NCBI GenBank assembly: GCA_963828195.1
Contig: CAWHDT010000005.1
Span: 128,001-192,000, forward strand
Source: Candidatus Bathyarchaeota archaeon
GTDB lineage: Archaea > Thermoproteota > Bathyarchaeia > Bathyarchaeales > Bathycorpusculaceae
Reading direction: 5' to 3'
DNA length: 64,000 bases
This document shows positions 59,498 to 64,000 of the stretch, piece by piece (position 1 is the first letter of the stretch; each line of letters begins with the position of its first letter). A model generated the notes under the pieces. It was not told the DNA's origin, ran no database searches, and worked only from the letters and a program-made list of their open reading frames with translations. Made by a program: the position numbers and the translations under genes.

Positions 59498-61972
59498 TCA
59501 CGATGAACTGGATGGATTAGGTGTTGAAGTCGCCTTATCGCTTACATCTTGTTCCTTTACATCGTTTTCAAACGTGCGGAAATAACGGATTTTCAAAAAG
59601 TCTGTCAATACGAATTCAAGCAGAGCGTAACCCCAAACTAAACCAGCCAGTCCCCAACCTATGGGGCTTATTAGCACACCATACACCGCTAAGACCGTTG
59701 CGAATACCTGCGTGCCTTCTGCAGCAATCACCAGTTTACCCGCTGGGAACGGGCGCTCCCAGAAGTGTTTGTTGTGTGTTCTTGCAAGATATAGAGTCAT
59801 GTGGCCCGCCACCATCATCTTCAGAAACATAAGTGTCTGGAGAGCGAGTGGGCTGAGATGGAGCACATCAAGTCCGATAATAAAGAGCAGGAAGCTCGCA
59901 ACTAAACCGGTGATGCCCAGCAGGGAAGCAACGATTATGACTTCACGCATATTCCACCGCACGGGTTTTGCGTGAATTCTCACGTTGTCGTACGCAATCA
60001 TCATGATGGGCAAATCGTTAAGCAACGCCAACAGGACAATCATCACTGGTGTTAATGGATAAAAGTTGAAGATTATGATTGTCAGTGACAAGAAGAATAG
60101 CACACGCATGGTCTCTGCAATGCGGTAGACTGCGTAGTTGTTCATCCGCGCGAAAATCTTGCGGCTCTCCTTAATAGAATCGATAATCACTGAGAGACCA
60201 GGCTTAGTGAGCACTACATCCGCCGCAGATTTAGCCGCGTCAGTCGCCCCATCAACAGCAACGCCTGCGTCGGCCTTCTTTAAAGCTGGAGCGTCGTTAA
60301 CTCCGTCGCCCGTCATGCCAACAATATGATTTTTTCTTTGAAGCAATTCAACAATGCGGTATTTGTGCTCAGGAAAAACTTGGGCAAACCCATCTGCGTT
60401 CTCAATAAGTTCTGTCGCTTCGCTGTCTGGCTTGTCTATGAAAGAAGAAGCAGGAATGATGTTTGTGCCCAGATTAACTTCTTGAGCAATCTCTTTGGCT
60501 ATTGCAATGTGGTCGCCAGTGACCATTTTGACGTTTATTCCCATCTTCTGAGCTGTTTTTATTGTTTCAGCCGAGTCTTCGCGTGGCGGGTCATAAATTG
60601 CAAGAAGCCCAACGTATTGCCAGTTATCTGCCGCGTCTCCCTTAATTACGCCTAATGCCCGCTGCCCTTTACTTGCAAAAGTGTTTACGACGTCGTTTAC
60701 TTTGTTTTCGATTTCTGCCTTGTTTGAAACAAGAGACAAAACAACTTGTGGAGCGCCCTTGGAAACTTTAAAGCTTCCACCATCACGGCTCTCCACAGTG
60801 GCTTCTGTCCTCTTCAAAACAGGGTCAAACGGCTTAAAATCAGCAACACTGTATCGACCCAGAACATCGACAACCGCACTGACCGACTTGGCTTTAGCGA
60901 TAACGGCGTCATCGATGGGGTCATGGTTTTCTGCTCTGGAAGCCAATGTTCCATACAAGAGAGCATCGTTGATTTCGAATTTTCCAAAGGCTTGCGCTTC
61001 CGCAACGGTAAGTTCATTCTTCGTTATCGTGCCTGTCTTGTCTGAACATAACACGTCAACGCCAGCCATCTCTTCAATTGAAACCAGCTTGCTCACGATA
61101 GCTTCTTTTTTGGCAAGGGCGATTGCGCCAACAGCCATGGTGACCGTCAAAACTGCAGGTAATGCTACTGGAATCGAAGCTATAACCAAAACCAGCACAA
61201 ACTGAAGAATAGTTAATGGGTTAGCGTGTCTAAGGAGCGCCGTGACAAACACTGCAGAAACCATTATTGCTGCAAGGATGATGAGGTAGTTTCCTATTTT
61301 TATGACGGCTTTTTGGAAGTGGCTTCCACTTCTGGCTTCTGCCACAAGCTTGGCGGTTTTGCCAAAAAAGCTGGTTATTCCGGTTGCGACAACATAAGCG
61401 TCCATTTCACCCTGCTTAATGATAGCTCCTGCATAAGCAAGATCGGAAACATGCTTCTCTACAGGTAGAGATTCACCGGTTAATGCGGATTCGTCAGCGA
61501 GCAAGTAGTCGCCTTTCATAAGCTTAACGTCAGCGGGAATAATGTCGCCTAAGCGGACACGTACGACATCGCCGGGGACAAGCTCTTTCGAGGGTATCTC
61601 ACGCCATGTTCCATCTCTTAGAACTCGGGCTTTTGGGGCAAGCCGCTTCTTTAGCAACTCGATAGCATTATCCGCTTTGCGTTCCTGCCAAAATCCCACC
61701 ACCGCGTTCACAATTAACAGCGTAAAAATTAACGCAAAATCCTCCCAGCGCTGAATGACTATAGATAATGCCGCCGCGATTTCTATCATCCAAGGAATGG
61801 GTCCCCAAAAATACCCCAAAAACTTGCGGTACGGGCTAATTTTCTTTTCAGGAATTTCGTTAGTACCATACTTTTGAAGCTTTTGTGCAGCTTCTTCTGA
61901 AGACAGCCCCGTATTGGCATATTCTGAAAATGGAGTTTCTTCATGCGGTTTTTTTGGCTGCGCGGATTCCAC
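59498..61972 (-). CDS. P3A-type plasma-membrane proton-efflux ATPase
   Basis: FWGPIPWMIE; IPVALP; CSDKTGT; KGAPQ; MTGDGVNDAPALK; LLND. Confidence 0.93.
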   Translation of the reverse strand: MESAQPKKPHEETPFSEYANTGLSSEEAAQKLQKYGTNEIPEKKISPYRKFLGYFWGPIPWMIEIAAALSIVIQRWEDFALIFTLLIVNAVVGFWQERKADNAIELLKKRLAPKARVLRDGTWREIPSKELVPGDVVRVRLGDIIPADVKLMKGDYLLADESALTGESLPVEKHVSDLAYAGAIIKQGEMDAYVVATGITSFFGKTAKLVAEARSGSHFQKAVIKIGNYLIILAAIMVSAVFVTALLRHANPLTILQFVLVLVIASIPVALPAVLTVTMAVGAIALAKKEAIVSKLVSIEEMAGVDVLCSDKTGTITKNELTVAEAQAFGKFEINDALLYGTLASRAENHDPIDDAVIAKAKSVSAVVDVLGRYSVADFKPFDPVLKRTEATVESRDGGSFKVSKGAPQVVLSLVSNKAEIENKVNDVVNTFASKGQRALGVIKGDAADNWQYVGLLAIYDPPREDSAETIKTAQKMGINVKMVTGDHIAIAKEIAQEVNLGTNIIPASSFIDKPDSEATELIENADGFAQVFPEHKYRIVELLQRKNHIVGMTGDGVNDAPALKKADAGVAVDGATDAAKSAADVVLTKPGLSVIIDSIKESRKIFARMNNYAVYRIAETMRVLFFLSLTIIIFNFYPLTPVMIVLLALLNDLPIMMIAYDNVRIHAKPVRWNMREVIIVASLLGITGLVASFLLFIIGLDVLHLSPLALQTLMFLKMMVAGHMTLYLARTHNKHFWERPFPAGKLVIAAEGTQVFATVLAVYGVLISPIGWGLAGLVWGYALLEFVLTDFLKIRYFRTFENDVKEQDVSDKATSTPNPSSSS

Positions 61973-62318
61973 TAATAAGAACCTTCTATTCCGCTAAGAG
62001 AATGGATATTTTTGTTAATGGAAGGAGGCAAACTACATTGGCGACGCCGGCTTTTATGCTTCTTGCATGCTGAAGTCGGCTGCTGGCTGCTTCCTCTGAA
62101 GAAATGTCATTTACGCTTGAAATTAGTTTCTTCAATAACTCGGTCATTGTTTTCGTTAAATGCTGCGTCATTTTTGTTGAACTCGTGTAAACACCTTGGT
62201 TAATTGAACCTTATTTGCTTTCTTCTACCTCAATCGTTATAGTTAGCCCCATACACAGATGTGTTGTATCCTTTTAATGTTAGCAACAATTATATGGAAT
62301 GTTCAAGATTCTCTAAGT

Positions 62319-62432
62319 ATGTCTGCTCCTAATTGTCCTTGTCCCAAAAAAGATTGCCCACGCCACAGCAACTGCCAGGAATGCGTAGATCACCATAAAG
62401 CAAAGAATGAATTGCCCTATTGCGCAAGGTGA
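62319..62432 (+). CDS. 37-aa Cys/His-rich metal-binding microprotein
   Basis: MSAPNCPCPKKDCPRHSNCQECVDHHKAKNELPYCAR; TTATAT box ~25 bp upstream. Confidence 0.75.
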   Translation: MSAPNCPCPKKDCPRHSNCQECVDHHKAKNELPYCAR

Positions 62433-62436
62433 AACA

Positions 62437-62691
62437 GTGGCATCTCTTTCCGAAAAAGAAGCCGCCGAGAAAAGAGAAAATATACAAAAACGTTTTTGGA
62501 ATCAAGTTGGCGCCGTCGAACATATTAACTTGCCCAAACTGGAAGACGCCATAAGAAAACAATTCAATACGACGGATGACAGGTTCATTCAAACACAGAT
62601 TCGACTGATGCAGACTGAGGGAAAGATAAGAGTCCAAAACAATGTTAAAGTGTGGATTAAACAGCCAAACATCGATCTGCATGAAATCTAA
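62437..62691 (+). CDS. Hypothetical protein, possible winged helix
   Basis: GTG start 4 bp after the microprotein stop; IRLMQTEGKIRV. Confidence 0.6.
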   Translation: MASLSEKEAAEKRENIQKRFWNQVGAVEHINLPKLEDAIRKQFNTTDDRFIQTQIRLMQTEGKIRVQNNVKVWIKQPNIDLHEI

Positions 62692-62741
62692 GCGGAAAAA
62701 AAATATTCTACTTACAAAACAGGGTGATTAATGAGGTTAAG

Positions 62742-63608
62742 ATGAAAACGCCAACATCCATTGTCTCAAAGATTGAAGCCATTGCTGGACTTTTGAAAAT
62801 TGAGCTTCCCGTTGCCGCGGGCTTATGCATTATTGCTGGTCAAATGTTGGCGATTGGCAAGTTACCGACGCCGTTTGAGGCAGTTCTGGGTTTTCTTGTG
62901 GGTTTCCTGATTTCGGGTGCAATAATGATGTCAAACGACTACTTCGATTTAGAAGTAGACATAATAAACCACCCCAATCGGCCTCTCCCATCAGGCAGAA
63001 TAACGCCACCTGAGTTAACAGCGTTAACGTGCCTGTTCTCAATCGCAGGTTTCCTATCTTCTTATTTGCTGAGTTCACTAGCATTTTTCATCGCCATAGC
63101 TTTGTGGCTGCTTGGTTTCGTCTACAATTGGAAGTTTAAAGAAGCTGGTTTAGTAGGCAATCTGATGGTTAGTCTATCGGTTGCTATGACTTTTATTTTT
63201 GGCGGATTATCGGTTGGCCGCGGTTTTTTGGGTGTAGTTTGGGTTTTTGGGGCTTGCGCATTTGTTTTTGACTTAGGAGAGGAGATTGCCGGAGGTGCAA
63301 TGGATATTGAGGGAGATCGAAAACGCTCCGCTAAAACATTAGCAATCACTAAAGGACGGGGATTTGCTTTGCGCATTTCAAGTTTACTTTACGTGTTATT
63401 TATCGGGCTTACCGCATTGCCATTGATGTTTGGGTGGCTTGGATTAGTTTACCTTGTTTTGCTTTTGCCAACGGATTTTGCTATTGCCTACCTAACAATT
63501 GGGCTCTTAAGAAGTAAAACGCCTAAGGAGGGCAGAGCGAGGACCCGCCAACTCTATCTTGCGCTCGTTATTTTTATTGTTGCGTTTATCGTGAGCCGAT
63601 TAATCTAA
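62742..63608 (+). CDS. UbiA-family prenyltransferase (DGGGP synthase-like)
   Basis: NDYFDLEVDIINHPNRPLPSG; YNWKFK; EIAGGAMDIEGD. Confidence 0.9.
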   Translation: MKTPTSIVSKIEAIAGLLKIELPVAAGLCIIAGQMLAIGKLPTPFEAVLGFLVGFLISGAIMMSNDYFDLEVDIINHPNRPLPSGRITPPELTALTCLFSIAGFLSSYLLSSLAFFIAIALWLLGFVYNWKFKEAGLVGNLMVSLSVAMTFIFGGLSVGRGFLGVVWVFGACAFVFDLGEEIAGGAMDIEGDRKRSAKTLAITKGRGFALRISSLLYVLFIGLTALPLMFGWLGLVYLVLLLPTDFAIAYLTIGLLRSKTPKEGRARTRQLYLALVIFIVAFIVSRLI

Positions 63609-63724
63609 AGAACGGGTTTGAGGCGTTTTGCAACTCAGATTTTCCTGTTTTTCAGGCAAAATGGCTGGATTGCTACACAACTCTTAAAAGTTAGCTTTTC
63701 GAATTATTCGAAAGTGCAATTAAT

Positions 63725-64000
63725 ATGATAACTACTTCGGAACAAGCGGCGCATGAATTGCTTGAAGTCGTTCCAGCTGTAATGAAGGAATTACGAACTG
63801 AGATGCGAAGCCGAAGAACACCAGATTTAACGGTTCCTCAGTTCCGCACCTTAGCCTTCGTGGACCACAATAAAGGCACTTCACTCTCAGCAGTAGCCAA
63901 TCATATGGGATTGACCCTGCCCTCAACTTCTAGGCTTGTAGATGTCCTTATCTCCCGCGGTATGCTAACGAGAGAAGATAATCCAGCTGACAGACGACGC
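63725..64000 (+). CDS. MarR-family regulator (3' truncated by window)
   Basis: Not in the ORF track. LTVPQFRTL..LSAVANHMGLTLPSTSRLVDVL..RG...R..NPADRR. Confidence 0.88.
   Translation, partial: MITTSEQAAHELLEVVPAVMKELRTEMRSRRTPDLTVPQFRTLAFVDHNKGTSLSAVANHMGLTLPSTSRLVDVLISRGMLTREDNPADRRR

Overview
Archaeal chromosomal segment, most consistent with Bathyarchaeia. This is inferred from TBP, pelota, a proteasome alpha subunit, an ESCRT-III/CdvB-like gene, large beta-propeller surface proteins and a complex-I-like group 4 [NiFe] hydrogenase operon. The ORF track misses the RNase P RNA gene (rnpB, ~13579-13896, minus strand). Its 3'-terminal ~92 nt are duplicated 5 kb downstream (8469-8562), and weaker copies occur at ~7116-7138 and ~5901-5915. 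This is the layout of an island integrated at rnpB. The cargo is a VapBC toxin-antitoxin pair and a two-gene cassette. The first cassette gene encodes a 400-aa protein with a 19-Asp spacer followed by a Trp/Gly-rich C-x7-C-x12-C-x7-C core reminiscent of halocin C8. The second encodes an AMMECR1 domain fused to an alpha/alpha-toroid domain. Together they are a candidate archaeocin/RiPP-like system. Other unexplained structure includes a ~170-190 bp double-hairpin non-coding element present twice, a conserved 5'-leader hairpin ahead of two giant surface-protein paralogues, and several unannotated Cys/His microproteins. The rest is largely housekeeping: adenylate kinase, CorA, TtuA, H+-PPase, ProBA, SerA, GlyA, MscS, ClC, a P3A ATPase, a UbiA prenyltransferase and MarR. 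All family calls come from motif recognition by eye; no database search was run.
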